64,000 nucleotides of DNA, taken from contig JAJYSP010000001.1 of assembly GCA_021793515.1 (NCBI GenBank), positions 10,533 to 74,532 on the forward strand, in the 5' to 3' direction. The notes under the pieces were generated by a model. It was not told where the DNA came from, ran no database searches, and worked only from the letters and a program-made list of their open reading frames with translations. Of this stretch, positions 1 to 9,106 are shown piece after piece. How positions within the stretch are numbered: the first letter of the stretch is position 1; every line of letters begins with the position of its first letter. Position numbers and translations under genes: made by a program. This DNA is from Actinomycetes bacterium (GTDB lineage: Bacteria > Actinomycetota > Acidimicrobiia > Acidimicrobiales > RAAP-2).

Positions 1-381
1 AAAGGCACGCCGAGTGGCGGCCTCGGCACCCAGTGTGACCTCATCGTTTTTTGCCTCGACGATTTCAGTGAGTGCCGGTATCAAGGCATCACCGCCATCG
101 CTCAACGCAACGTCGAAGGGATACTCGATCGTCTCGTCATGTTGCGTGTCGCCATCAAGGGGTTGCGCAGCCTGTTCAGACGGCACACCTTGCGCGACAC
201 TCGACGGCGGCGTGAGGCCAGCGACGTAGTACTCGTGCGCAAAAAAGCCCAGCACGCCCCCGTTTCGAACCTTCCAACACCGAATCGGTGCGTCCTCACC
301 CAGTTCTCGGCGCGCGCGGCGAACAGCGTCGACGAGCGTGCGACCTTGAAACTGATCCGAGACCGTCTTACGCGGCAGCAA
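1..381 (-). CDS. flhF: FlhF-like flagellar GTPase, N-terminal part (runs off window edge; absent from ORF track)
   Basis: Manual translation from TTG at 381 is open to base 1: MLPRKTVSDQFQGRTLVDAVRRARRELGEDAPIRCWKVRNGGVLGFFAHEYYV. This is the typical FlhF N-terminus; it overlaps the flhA stop. The GTPase domain lies outside the window. Confidence 0.75.
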   Translation of the reverse strand, partial: MLPRKTVSDQFQGRTLVDAVRRARRELGEDAPIRCWKVRNGGVLGFFAHEYYVAGLTPPSSVAQGVPSEQAAQPLDGDTQHDETIEYPFDVALSDGGDALIPALTEIVEAKNDEVTLGAEAATRRAF

Positions 382-2473
382 TGACTTCACGGCTTACGCT
401 CCCCACTGGTGAAATAGTGACTGAACCGGTAACTTCGCCCACCGCGATGACCGCGACTCGCGGCAGGCTCGCGCGAATGAGACGCCACATCGCCGGCCGT
501 AACGACGTCGCGCACAGCACCACGGGGGTCGTGCCGCTGGCCTCGGCTTCGATGGCGATTCGAGCGACGTCGCGCACAATCGCCTCGGCCTCGCCGGCCG
601 AGATTCCGAGACCGCGCCGACCACGTTCCCCCGCGCGCAGTGAGGCGAGCAACGCCTGTTCGAGTTCGGGTGAGAACACGATCACCCGTAGGGCCCCCGA
701 CTGTTCATAGAGTGACGTGATTGTCGTAGCGAGCGCCAACCGCGCCGCCTCCACGAGACTGTCGATGTCCTTTTGTTGTGTGCGGGCCTGCTCGGTGAGC
801 GCCTCAACCACTCGGACCAAATCGCGAATGGGGATTCCCTCGTCCAACAACCCGCGCAACACGCCTTGCACGTCACCCAGGGTGAGTGCCGCGGAGGCCA
901 TCTCCTCCAAGACAACGGGGTTGGACGCGCGCATGACGTCAAGCAACGACTTCACGTCCTGACGCGAGATGAGCTCCCCCGCGTGCTCGCGAACGATCTC
1001 TGCCAAGTGTGTGGTCACCACCGCCGATCGATCGACGACCGTGACCCCGGCCACCGCGGCTTGGTGACTGAGCCCAACGGCAATCCACTTCGCGCGCCCG
1101 CCAAAGGCCGGATCGCGCGTTTCAACGCCATCGAGTCCATCAAGATTCTCGCCGATGGCGAGGAGTTTGCCTCGAGGCGCCTGTCCCTGCGCCACTTTCA
1201 CCCCGTGCACTTTGATCACGTACTGCGCGTTTGCGAGGTCCAGGTTGTCTCGAGTGTGCACACGCGGCATCACGACGCCCAGTTCCATGGCGAGGTTTCG
1301 TCGCAGCACCTTGACGCGATCGAGGAGGTCACCACCCTGCCCCGGTTGAACCAGGTCAATCAGGTCGATCCCCAACTCCAAGCTCAATGCCTCCACCGCC
1401 ATCCCGGCCGCGATGACCTCGCTGCTCTCATCCACCTTGACTAGGGACGTCGGTGCGACGTGCGCCTCGGGGGTGTCACTGGCGTCGCGCGGCAATCGGG
1501 TCCCGAGGGTGAACACCAGCGCACCGACAATCAGGAACGGCAGACTTGGCAGTCCGGGCACGATCGCCAACATCGCCATGATGACCCCGGTCGAACGGAC
1601 CACACGACGAAAACGCGAGAGTTGGGTGACGACGTCGTGACCGAGATCGTGTTCCGTGGCCCCGCGCGTGACGATGATCCCGGTGGACAGCGAGAGCAAG
1701 AGCGCGGGTATTTGCGACACCAGCCCGTCGCCGACCGACAGGAGGCTATAGGTGTCGATAGCGTCTCCAGCCGACAGGTGTCGTTGAAAGATACCGATCG
1801 CCAGTCCACCAATGAGATTGACCATCGTGATCACGATCGCGGCGATCGAGTCGCCTCGTACAAACTTTGACGCCCCGTCCATGGCGCCGTAGAAATCCGC
1901 CTCATCGGCAATCTCTCGACGACGTCGGCGCGCCTCGTTTTCGTCAATTGCCCCCGACGCCCTATCGGCGTCAATAGCCATCTGTTTTCCGGGCATCCCG
2001 TCGAGCGTGAATCGAGCGGCCACCTCGGCGACACGGCCCGAACCGGCCGTTATGACGACGAATTGGATGATGATCAAGATGAAGAACACGACCAGGCCGA
2101 CCACGATGGAGCCACCGATCACGAAGTGGCCGAAGCTCGACACCACAACGCCGGCGTAGCCGCGAAGCAGGACTTGACGGGTCACGGCCACGTTGAGGGC
2201 GAGGCGGAACATGGTGGCTACGAGGATCAACGTCGGAAAGACCGAGAAATCCAGGGGTCGCTTGACTTGCATCGCAGTCAGCAAGACCAACACCGAGCCG
2301 GTGATATTGGCCGTAATCAGGATGTCGATGATGAACGTCGGCAGTGGTATGACGAGCACCACGACGACCGCGACCACGGAGAGGGGTACCGCCATGTGAA
2401 CACGTCGACGCCATCGACTCTCTTGCGTCGACGCAGAAGGGGTCAGAGTCGGTGCCACCTCACTCACCAACAC
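368..2473 (-). CDS. flhA: Flagellar export gate protein FlhA (true start may be GTG 2458)
   Basis: TM region with LFRLALNV-like FRLALNV, RVAEVAARFTLDGMPGKQMAIDAD, FYGAMDGASKFVRGD, GDGLVSQIPALL; large cytoplasmic domain. Confidence 0.98.
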   Translation of the reverse strand: MLVSEVAPTLTPSASTQESRWRRRVHMAVPLSVVAVVVVLVIPLPTFIIDILITANITGSVLVLLTAMQVKRPLDFSVFPTLILVATMFRLALNVAVTRQVLLRGYAGVVVSSFGHFVIGGSIVVGLVVFFILIIIQFVVITAGSGRVAEVAARFTLDGMPGKQMAIDADRASGAIDENEARRRRREIADEADFYGAMDGASKFVRGDSIAAIVITMVNLIGGLAIGIFQRHLSAGDAIDTYSLLSVGDGLVSQIPALLLSLSTGIIVTRGATEHDLGHDVVTQLSRFRRVVRSTGVIMAMLAIVPGLPSLPFLIVGALVFTLGTRLPRDASDTPEAHVAPTSLVKVDESSEVIAAGMAVEALSLELGIDLIDLVQPGQGGDLLDRVKVLRRNLAMELGVVMPRVHTRDNLDLANAQYVIKVHGVKVAQGQAPRGKLLAIGENLDGLDGVETRDPAFGGRAKWIAVGLSHQAAVAGVTVVDRSAVVTTHLAEIVREHAGELISRQDVKSLLDVMRASNPVVLEEMASAALTLGDVQGVLRGLLDEGIPIRDLVRVVEALTEQARTQQKDIDSLVEAARLALATTITSLYEQSGALRVIVFSPELEQALLASLRAGERGRRGLGISAGEAEAIVRDVARIAIEAEASGTTPVVLCATSLRPAMWRLIRASLPRVAVIAVGEVTGSVTISPVGSVSREVIAAA

Positions 2474-2559
2474 CGACGAACTTCACGAAATCCTCCAGGG
2501 ACGTGCTCGATCTCACTGTCCGTCCCTGGACACTGCAGCGCCGTCCTGGCCCACCGGTA

Positions 2560-3684
2560 CTACGTCCCATCCACCACCAAAGTTGAGGTGTCGAGAGTGT
2601 CGCCGCTCATCCGATAGACGTTGCCGTACGCGCGGGCCGATGGGGTAAGGGAGTAGACAAAGGCGAGTAACCGCGCAACGGCCGTATAGAGCGCTGGGGG
2701 AACGAGGTCGTCGATCTCACAAGACGAATGCAGGGTGCGCGCGAGCGGCGGGTTCTCGACGAGCACGACGCCGCAGCGCTGTGCGTGTTCGCGAATCGCC
2801 TTGGCGAGGTGGTCCGCACCCTTGGCAACGACTCGCGGGGCGTGATCGCGCTCTCGGTCGTAGGCGACGGCGACGGCGAAGTGCGTGGGGTTCGTGACGA
2901 CGACGTCCGCACGCGACACGGCCGCCATAATTTGCATGCGAGTCAAGCGACGCGCCCGGTTCCGTTGAGCCCGCCGAACTTCGGGATTGCCGTCGCTGTC
3001 GCGTCGCTCGTCCTTCACCTCCTGCTTGGTCATCCGCACATCTTGTCGATGTGATCGCCGTTGGAAGCCGTAGTCAACGCCCGCCACGATCAGGGCCAGC
3101 AGTCCGATGCTGCGAAGCATTCCCGTGATCGATGACTGGGTCACGTCGAGGGTCGTCTGCAGCGGGAGCGTTGCGCCGCCGAGTAGACCGTGTATGAGGC
3201 GATTCAAGATGACGTAACTCACCAGTGCGAGCATCACCACCTTCAACGATGTCTTGCCCAGGGACCACAGCCCTCGAGCCGACGCGATTCGCTGCACGCC
3301 GGTCTTGGGCGAGACACGTGAGAACTTCCATCGAAGGGCTTTGGGAGTGACGTGCAGTCCCACTTGGGCGGTGGCGACGGCCACCGCAATGGCGGTTGCG
3401 ACTAGCACGATGGGCAATGAGGCAATGACTGCCGTCGCCAGACCACTGCCGACGATCGTGATTGCCGTGCTGGTACTGGGGTGTGCCATTGCCGCCATGA
3501 CGTCATTAAGGAAGGAGCCGATGCGCGAGACCGCAAGTCCACCCAACCACGGCAGCAACATCGTCACACCCAGCAGACTCGCCCAGCCCCCCAATTCGGG
3601 TGAACGAGCCACCATGCCCTTTTCGCGCATCTCCTTCTTATGCTTCGCCGTAGCGGTTTCCGTGCGTTCACGCTTGTCCGCCAT
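2560..3684 (-). CDS. flhB: Flagellar export switch protein FlhB
   Basis: RTETATAKHK..REKGMVARSPE N-terminus; MTKQEVKDERRDSDGNP; autocleavage motif NPTH (VVVTNPTHFAVA). Confidence 0.98.
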   Translation of the reverse strand: MADKRERTETATAKHKKEMREKGMVARSPELGGWASLLGVTMLLPWLGGLAVSRIGSFLNDVMAAMAHPSTSTAITIVGSGLATAVIASLPIVLVATAIAVAVATAQVGLHVTPKALRWKFSRVSPKTGVQRIASARGLWSLGKTSLKVVMLALVSYVILNRLIHGLLGGATLPLQTTLDVTQSSITGMLRSIGLLALIVAGVDYGFQRRSHRQDVRMTKQEVKDERRDSDGNPEVRRAQRNRARRLTRMQIMAAVSRADVVVTNPTHFAVAVAYDRERDHAPRVVAKGADHLAKAIREHAQRCGVVLVENPPLARTLHSSCEIDDLVPPALYTAVARLLAFVYSLTPSARAYGNVYRMSGDTLDTSTLVVDGT

Positions 3685-4445
3685 TACGGTCCACCAAAGA
3701 GTTGGCTCGCCGCACGTCCCACCAGCGTGGTCACGTCGTTGGGCAATGCGACCATCGACACGCTTACTCCGACGAGCGCCATGATGATCTGCAGTGGCAT
3801 GCCGAAGACGAAGACGTTGATTTGTGGGGCGGCCTTGGCCAGGAGGGCCAACACGACTTGGGTCCCGAAGAGAACGGCGATGAGCGGCGCGGCGATCTCC
3901 GCCGCGGCGGCGAAGAACGTCACCACGTCACCCGTGATGACCTGAGACAACGTCGCGAGGGTCGTTGGTGGCAAGCTCGTGCCGACCGCCTTGAATGAAG
4001 CAACGAATCCCGCGACGATGACGAATACCGCGCCTGACGTAAAGAGCAACGCGGTGAGAACGAGGTTATAGAACTGCCCAAAGATGGACGATTGAATCAG
4101 TGACAAGGGGTCCAGCGCTTGGGGCAGGTTGATGCCCGAGAAGAGGTCGATGAGGCGTCCGGCCGCCGCCACGGCAGATACGAAGAGCGATACGACGTAA
4201 CCCAGGACCAGGCCCACCAACGCCTGGATGACTATCTGAACGATCACCTGGGCGTTGCTCTGGGGCAAGGGGTCATGTTGGAGATAGCCCGCCGCGTAGA
4301 AGGCGAGGGATCCCGCGAGGCTGATCTTCACCATTCGCGGTATGGCCGGGTTGGAGAAGGGGGGGCAAATCGAGACCCAGGCCACGGCCCGCACGAACGC
4401 CAGGGCCAGGGCCACGACAAAGTCCGGCGACAGGCTGAGGGTCAT
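3684..4445 (-). CDS. fliR: Flagellar export protein FliR
   Basis: Hydrophobic 253 aa, PPFS..IPRMVK, AG.LIDLFSG, KAAPQINVFVFGMP; between fliQ and flhB. Confidence 0.95.
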   Translation of the reverse strand: MTLSLSPDFVVALALAFVRAVAWVSICPPFSNPAIPRMVKISLAGSLAFYAAGYLQHDPLPQSNAQVIVQIVIQALVGLVLGYVVSLFVSAVAAAGRLIDLFSGINLPQALDPLSLIQSSIFGQFYNLVLTALLFTSGAVFVIVAGFVASFKAVGTSLPPTTLATLSQVITGDVVTFFAAAAEIAAPLIAVLFGTQVVLALLAKAAPQINVFVFGMPLQIIMALVGVSVSMVALPNDVTTLVGRAASQLFGGP

Positions 4446-4720
4446 CCGTGTCCCGCGAGAATCGCGGGTATCGAGTTGTACAGGTGCTCGGTGTAACCCA
4501 CGATGCTGCCCAACATCCAGTGCCCCAAGAGAAACAAGACAAGTGCAATCGCTAGGACCTTGGGCAAGAAGGTCAAGGTGAACTCTTGAATGGAGGTGAC
4601 AGCTTGAAAGAGGGAGATCACGAGTCCCACCACGAGGCTCACGACGAGGACGGGACCCGCCAATTCAGCGATCAGTATGAGCGCCTGCGAGGCGAGGTTC
4701 AACACAGTCGTCGTCGTCAT
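4442..4720 (-). CDS. fliQ: Flagellar export protein FliQ
   Basis: GLVISLFQAVTSIQEFTLTFLPK signature, 92 aa. Confidence 0.97.
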   Translation of the reverse strand: MTTTTVLNLASQALILIAELAGPVLVVSLVVGLVISLFQAVTSIQEFTLTFLPKVLAIALVLFLLGHWMLGSIVGYTEHLYNSIPAILAGHG

Positions 4721-4722
4721 TA

Positions 4723-5475
4723 TCAGTGGTTAAACGAGAGCAGGAGCGAGTGAACGACCAACGCCCAGCCGTCCACGAGAACGAAGAGCAAGATCTTGAA
4801 CGGTAACGCAATCAGCGTGGGCGGCAACATGTACATGCCCATCGACATCATGACCGCTGACACCACGAGGTCAATGATCATGAATGGGATGAAAATCATG
4901 AAGCCGATCAAGAACGCGGCGCGAATCTCTGAGAGTACGAACGCCGGAATGATGGTCGTGAGCGGTAGCGATTCGGGGTGTCGTGCGTCCTCGTGGCGGT
5001 ACGAGGTGAACAGACTCAATTCGTCGACGTTGGTCTGTTCGAGCATCCACTTCTTTACGGGAACCTCCCCTAGGGCCATTGCTTGCGTGGCCGTGATCGT
5101 TCCGTGTTCGTAGGGTTGTATCGCCACGTGGTCGACGGCCGAGACGACTGGCGCCATGATGAAGAGGGTCAGTATCAGGGCCAGCCCCGCTAAGACTTGA
5201 TTTGGCGGAACCGTTTGCGTGCCGAGCGCGTTCCTCGTGAGTGAGAGAACGATGAAGACCCGCGGAAACGCCGTCATCAGTATCAAGACCGACGGCGCTA
5301 CCGCCAACACCGTCAAGGCGATGATGATCAGCACGGACGTTGAGGGACTCTTGAGCCCGCTGATGTTGACGCTCACGTTAGAGCCTCCCGCGAGTAACAG
5401 TGCGTGGCTCACGCGCACCCCCGCACGGTGTTGGAATACTTCGATTGCATGCGCTCTCCGATGGAGAGATGGCAC
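4723..5475 (-). CDS. fliP: Flagellar export protein FliP (start uncertain)
   Basis: LMTAFPRVFIVLSLTRNALGTQTVPPNQVL; PAFVLSEIRAAF; IDLVVSAVMMSMGMYMLPP; LFVLVDGW. Confidence 0.97.
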   Translation of the reverse strand: MPSLHRRAHAIEVFQHRAGVRVSHALLLAGGSNVSVNISGLKSPSTSVLIIIALTVLAVAPSVLILMTAFPRVFIVLSLTRNALGTQTVPPNQVLAGLALILTLFIMAPVVSAVDHVAIQPYEHGTITATQAMALGEVPVKKWMLEQTNVDELSLFTSYRHEDARHPESLPLTTIIPAFVLSEIRAAFLIGFMIFIPFMIIDLVVSAVMMSMGMYMLPPTLIALPFKILLFVLVDGWALVVHSLLLSFNH

Positions 5476-5479
5476 TGCC

Positions 5480-5890
5480 CTAACGCCGGACCGTCATCTC
5501 CCGTAGATGCTCGATGAAGGCGTCCCATGCCTTGGGGGAACTGTCATTATTCACCCGCGCCGTCCTTGGCGCCGGGGCACTACCTACAGACTGATTGAGG
5601 AGCTCACCATCGAGGTCGGCGCTCCATTGGTCGTTGTCGAGTTCACTGAGCAAATTCATTTGCTGGGCACTCTGGCTGACTAAGAACGTACGGTTCCCGG
5701 CTCGCACGACGAGCAGCGCCACGTTCCGGCCGACGGAACGTCGCGAGATGATATCGACGCGTCCTACGGATCGATTGGTACCGCGCCCGCCCTGCCACTT
5801 ACGCGTGAGACGGCCGAGACCGACAACAATCCCCACCACCAGCGCCAGCACGACAATCATGCGAACGAACTCCAACAGCGCAGCACCCAC
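5480..5890 (-). CDS. fliO: Flagellar protein FliO/FliZ
   Basis: Single N-terminal TM, then SVGRNVALLVVRAGNRTFLV beta-domain; between fliN and fliP. Confidence 0.85.
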   Translation of the reverse strand: MGAALLEFVRMIVVLALVVGIVVGLGRLTRKWQGGRGTNRSVGRVDIISRRSVGRNVALLVVRAGNRTFLVSQSAQQMNLLSELDNDQWSADLDGELLNQSVGSAPAPRTARVNNDSSPKAWDAFIEHLREMTVRR

Positions 5891-5893
5891 GGC

Positions 5894-6202
5894 TCACCCG
5901 GCCCGATCAGTGACGATCTCCGTGATCCGGACGCCATACTCGTCGCCGACTTCGACCACTTCGCCTCGAGCGAGTACGACCTCGCGGTTGAGCACAATCT
6001 CAATGGGCGCCCCGACCGCCTGGTCGAGCTCGATCACGTGACCGGGACGCAGTGCGCTCAGCTCACCAAAGGAGAGCCGAGTCTTGCCTACCCACGCCGA
6101 CACTTCGACGGTGACGTTGCGGAATTGGGCCTCGCGAACTCGCTGGGCGAGTTGCTCGGACTCGGAACTCGCCGACGCACGGGCGTCATCGGTTGTCGTC
6201 AC
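5894..6202 (-). CDS. fliN: Flagellar switch protein FliN
   Basis: SpoA domain: VTVEVSAWVGKTRLSFGEL..LRPGHVIELDQ..GAPIEI..LARGEVVEVGDEYGVRITEI. Confidence 0.95.
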   Translation of the reverse strand: MTTTDDARASASSESEQLAQRVREAQFRNVTVEVSAWVGKTRLSFGELSALRPGHVIELDQAVGAPIEIVLNREVVLARGEVVEVGDEYGVRITEIVTDRAG

Positions 6203-7131
6203 TTGGTGACCTCCTCGGTAATCTGACAGGCTTTATGAATCCCGGCGCTACGCATATCCGCGCGGGCTACCAACAATCCCTCGACGCGCACCTCGAGCGG
6301 TCGGCCCTTCGAGTGCCCTAGTCCCAAGTGGTCACCGACGCGCAGCGTCATCAATTGAGCGGGCGTCGTGACGAAGCTGGGGAACTGGAAGACGACGTCG
6401 AGGGGAATCTCGGCGACGCGGTGGCGTAGCGCCTCGACCACGTCGTCCTCGTCGGTACTGCGGTCGTGGGCCGTTGTCGACTGCAAACTCGCGATCAACG
6501 TACGCACCATGGGAAAGGGCAAGCAGATCACGGCCGTTCGCGGTGCGCGCGTCGCGATGCGGATGGACACACGAATCGCCATGCACATCTCCGATGGGCT
6601 CACCACTGACACGAACTGGATATTGCTCTCTTGGGTCTCGAGTACCGCGTGTGTCGTGTGAATCCTCGCGAGTGATCGGCTGAGTTCTGTGAGTAGGTCT
6701 TCGACGATCGGGGCGAAGAACGCCTGGTCGATCTCGGTGGGAACGCGACCCGAGAAGTCGTCCTCGCCCGTTCCGGCGAGCCGGAGATCAACGAGGGCGA
6801 GCATCTCTTCGGTCGGCATAGCCAACACGGCTCGCGACGGGAGGGGGGCGAGGGAGAAGGTGAAAAAGGAGATCCCCTCGTTCAGTTCGTCGTTTAGATC
6901 ACGCCAGGTAACTTGATCGAGTCCCGTGACCTCGAAGACGCAGGGTTGACGCATCGTGGAGGAGAACTTCTGGGTTGTCGCGCGTGAAAATCCCTCAAGG
7001 AGTCCCTGCAGCGCTTGGAGGCTCACGCGCTCGAGGAGATCCGTACGACGAAAGTCGTGGTTGCGTACAGACTTCGTCGTTGGAGGCATCGCTTCGTCGC
7101 CCACGGGATCCACTTTCGACACGAGAGTCAC
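6199..7131 (-). CDS. fliM: Flagellar switch protein FliM
   Basis: HDFRR N-terminal motif, CheC-like middle domain (VDLRLAGTG..RVPTEID), C-terminal SpoA-like domain. Confidence 0.93.
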   Translation of the reverse strand: MTLVSKVDPVGDEAMPPTTKSVRNHDFRRTDLLERVSLQALQGLLEGFSRATTQKFSSTMRQPCVFEVTGLDQVTWRDLNDELNEGISFFTFSLAPLPSRAVLAMPTEEMLALVDLRLAGTGEDDFSGRVPTEIDQAFFAPIVEDLLTELSRSLARIHTTHAVLETQESNIQFVSVVSPSEMCMAIRVSIRIATRAPRTAVICLPFPMVRTLIASLQSTTAHDRSTDEDDVVEALRHRVAEIPLDVVFQFPSFVTTPAQLMTLRVGDHLGLGHSKGRPLEVRVEGLLVARADMRSAGIHKACQITEEVTK

Positions 7132-7886
7132 ATTCCAAACTTCGCGGTTGGTTTAATAACGATGTTGACCCGGCGGTTCTCTGCTCGACCAGCTGAAGTC
7201 GTGTTTGGAGCCACCGGGTGATATTGCCCGTAGCCGATCAACACGACCTGACGAGGATTCACGCCGTCGACCTGTGTCATCCTGATCACGACCGTGCTCG
7301 CCCGCGCCGCCGAGAGCGCCCAGTTGTTTGGGAAGGGACCATCCGAAATGGATCGGTTGTCCGTATACCCCGCTACTTCGATCGCATTGGGAAAGTTGCG
7401 CAGCGTCGCTGCTGACACATCCACAATGGCGGTGCCCACGGACGAGAGCTTGGCGGACGCGGACACAAAGAAGGTCGAGTCGGCTACCAAACCCTCAACG
7501 AGTCCCGCCGAAGTCATGCTGAACGTCACGTCGCTCAGTAGCCCGTGCGCTCGAAGTGCGACCGTCAACTCGTGTCGCAGTAACACCAGTCGATCCATCA
7601 TCGTCATGTTGTTAGATCGCTGGGACGGGACTGTCACGGTGCCGTGTGGTGTCCTGGCGAGAACCGCCTTCGTCATTGACTGCTTGAACTCGCGGTACTT
7701 CGCTTGGTCGACCTTGGACAACGCGAAGAGCACGATGAACAGTACGAGCAACAAGGTGATCATGTCCGAGTAGGTGAGCAGCCAGCGCTCGGCGTTCTCC
7801 TCGCCGGAGCCCGCATGGAGGTCGTTCCGGCGACGGTTGGCCCGCCGGAACGGCGGGCTCTGATTCGGCGCGCCGGCAATCGTCAT
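7128..7886 (-). CDS. motB: Stator protein MotB, probably H+-type
   Basis: RWLLTYSDMITLLLVLFIVLFA TM with essential Asp; FIVL rather than FILL suggests proton coupling; OmpA-like domain GYTDN..NWALSAARA..ENRRV. Confidence 0.96.
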   Translation of the reverse strand: MTIAGAPNQSPPFRRANRRRNDLHAGSGEENAERWLLTYSDMITLLLVLFIVLFALSKVDQAKYREFKQSMTKAVLARTPHGTVTVPSQRSNNMTMMDRLVLLRHELTVALRAHGLLSDVTFSMTSAGLVEGLVADSTFFVSASAKLSSVGTAIVDVSAATLRNFPNAIEVAGYTDNRSISDGPFPNNWALSAARASTVVIRMTQVDGVNPRQVVLIGYGQYHPVAPNTTSAGRAENRRVNIVIKPTAKFGM

Positions 7887-8668
7887 GCCGCCTTCTCCTG
7901 AGTGCCCTTCGAGGCGCTCGTGTCGCCGTCGCCGCGCTCCACCGGCGAGAGAAACGCCTCCAGCCGGTCCCGTAGCTCCGTGGTCGACGCGTTGAGCTGC
8001 ATCGCGAGCAGGCCAACGACCACCATCTCGCGATACGTGACCTCCCCCTCGCTCAGACGACGCAACTTATTGGAGAGCGGCAGCCACACGGCATTGGCCA
8101 GCATCACACCCCACAGGGTCGCGGTAAAGGCCGACGCGATGTCGGGTCCGAGCTTGCCCGGCGAGCTGAGTTGGCCGAGAACCCCAATTAAGCCGACAAC
8201 GGTTCCGATGATGCCGAACGTCGGGGAATATCCTCCCATGTCACTCATGAACTTTACGGCCGTCTGATGACGCGAACGAAGCCCGTCAATCTCGGCCGTG
8301 AGCAGTTCGTGTACTCGCACGGGATCGGACGTCGAAATGATGAGTTGGATCCCCTTCTTCAAGAATCCATCGTCGGTCTCGAGTTCCTCGAGTGCCAGGG
8401 GATTGGAACGGGCTTCGCGCGCGATTCCAATCAATGATTCGATGGTCTCGCGATTCGACGTTCGCTTTCGTGGTCTGAGCGCTATCAAGACGGCTCGAGG
8501 GACAGTGCGGACCTGCGCCCAACCGAAGCCCGCCATCGACGCCCCGAGCGATCCACCGACAACGAGCAGCAGGGAAGAGAACTTGAACAGCGAGACGACG
8601 TGGCCATGATCAAGGGTCATCGCACCCGCGACGGCCAGTAACGCTAGGAGAATCCCCGCAGGCGTCAC
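7883..8668 (-). CDS. motA: Stator protein MotA
   Basis: GGYSPTFGIIGTVVGLI, ASAFTATLWGVMLAN..WLPLSNKL; ATGA overlap with motB. Confidence 0.97.
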   Translation of the reverse strand: MTPAGILLALLAVAGAMTLDHGHVVSLFKFSSLLLVVGGSLGASMAGFGWAQVRTVPRAVLIALRPRKRTSNRETIESLIGIAREARSNPLALEELETDDGFLKKGIQLIISTSDPVRVHELLTAEIDGLRSRHQTAVKFMSDMGGYSPTFGIIGTVVGLIGVLGQLSSPGKLGPDIASAFTATLWGVMLANAVWLPLSNKLRRLSEGEVTYREMVVVGLLAMQLNASTTELRDRLEAFLSPVERGDGDTSASKGTQEKAA

Positions 8669-8955
8669 TTCGAACGCACCTCGCTCAGTCGGGTGACGCC
8701 AACCTGCGACGCATTCGCTCCACTCGGCGGGACATTGTCGGCGCCGGCGAGGACGCGACGCAGAAGCGCGACCTTCTCGGCACGAATCAGCGCGACCACA
8801 TCGTCGGGACTGTTCGCCACGATGATGTGACCACCGTCGAGGGTGTACAGCGCTGACTGACCGGCAACTGCGTATTCGACGCGACCTATGAAGTCCTCGT
8901 TGAGGTGCATCGTGGTCCCGTCCAGTTTTGTTACCTCGATCACTTCAAATCCCAT
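8665..8955 (-). CDS. flbD: FlbD/FlbE (SwrD-like) flagellar protein
   Basis: IEVTKLDG..MHLNEDFI..VE...TL..G.HIIV.NS.DDVV..I; canonical position between flgE and motA. Confidence 0.85.
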   Translation of the reverse strand: MGFEVIEVTKLDGTTMHLNEDFIGRVEYAVAGQSALYTLDGGHIIVANSPDDVVALIRAEKVALLRRVLAGADNVPPSGANASQVGVTRLSEVRSK

Positions 8956-8976
8956 CTCACGGGTGCGCCCTTGGAG

Positions 8977-9004
8977 TTACGGACCGTTTTGCCCCACAAT
9001 TGAG
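8977..9004 (-). promoter_or_regulatory. sigma28-like promoter of the flbD-motAB-fliMNOPQR-flhBA unit
   Basis: Minus strand CTCAA-TTGTGGGGCAAAACG(15)-GTCCGTAA, about 20 nt before the flbD start; same motif at three other intergenic sites. Confidence 0.75.
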
Positions 9005-9053
9005 AACGCGCACCCCGAATGACGTGAACATCACATCATTCGGGGGCGCGTTC
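9004..9053 (-). terminator. Long hairpin after flgE
   Basis: 23-bp stem GAACGCGC-CCCCGAATGA-TGTGA / TCACG-TCATTCGGGG-T-GCGCGTTC with one G.U pair and one bulge, 3-nt loop; no U-tract. Confidence 0.65.
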
Positions 9054-9106
9054 GCTGCTCTAGAACGGAGTTCCCTTCGGCACACGGTGTGGGCCAAGGG
9101 AGGCGC

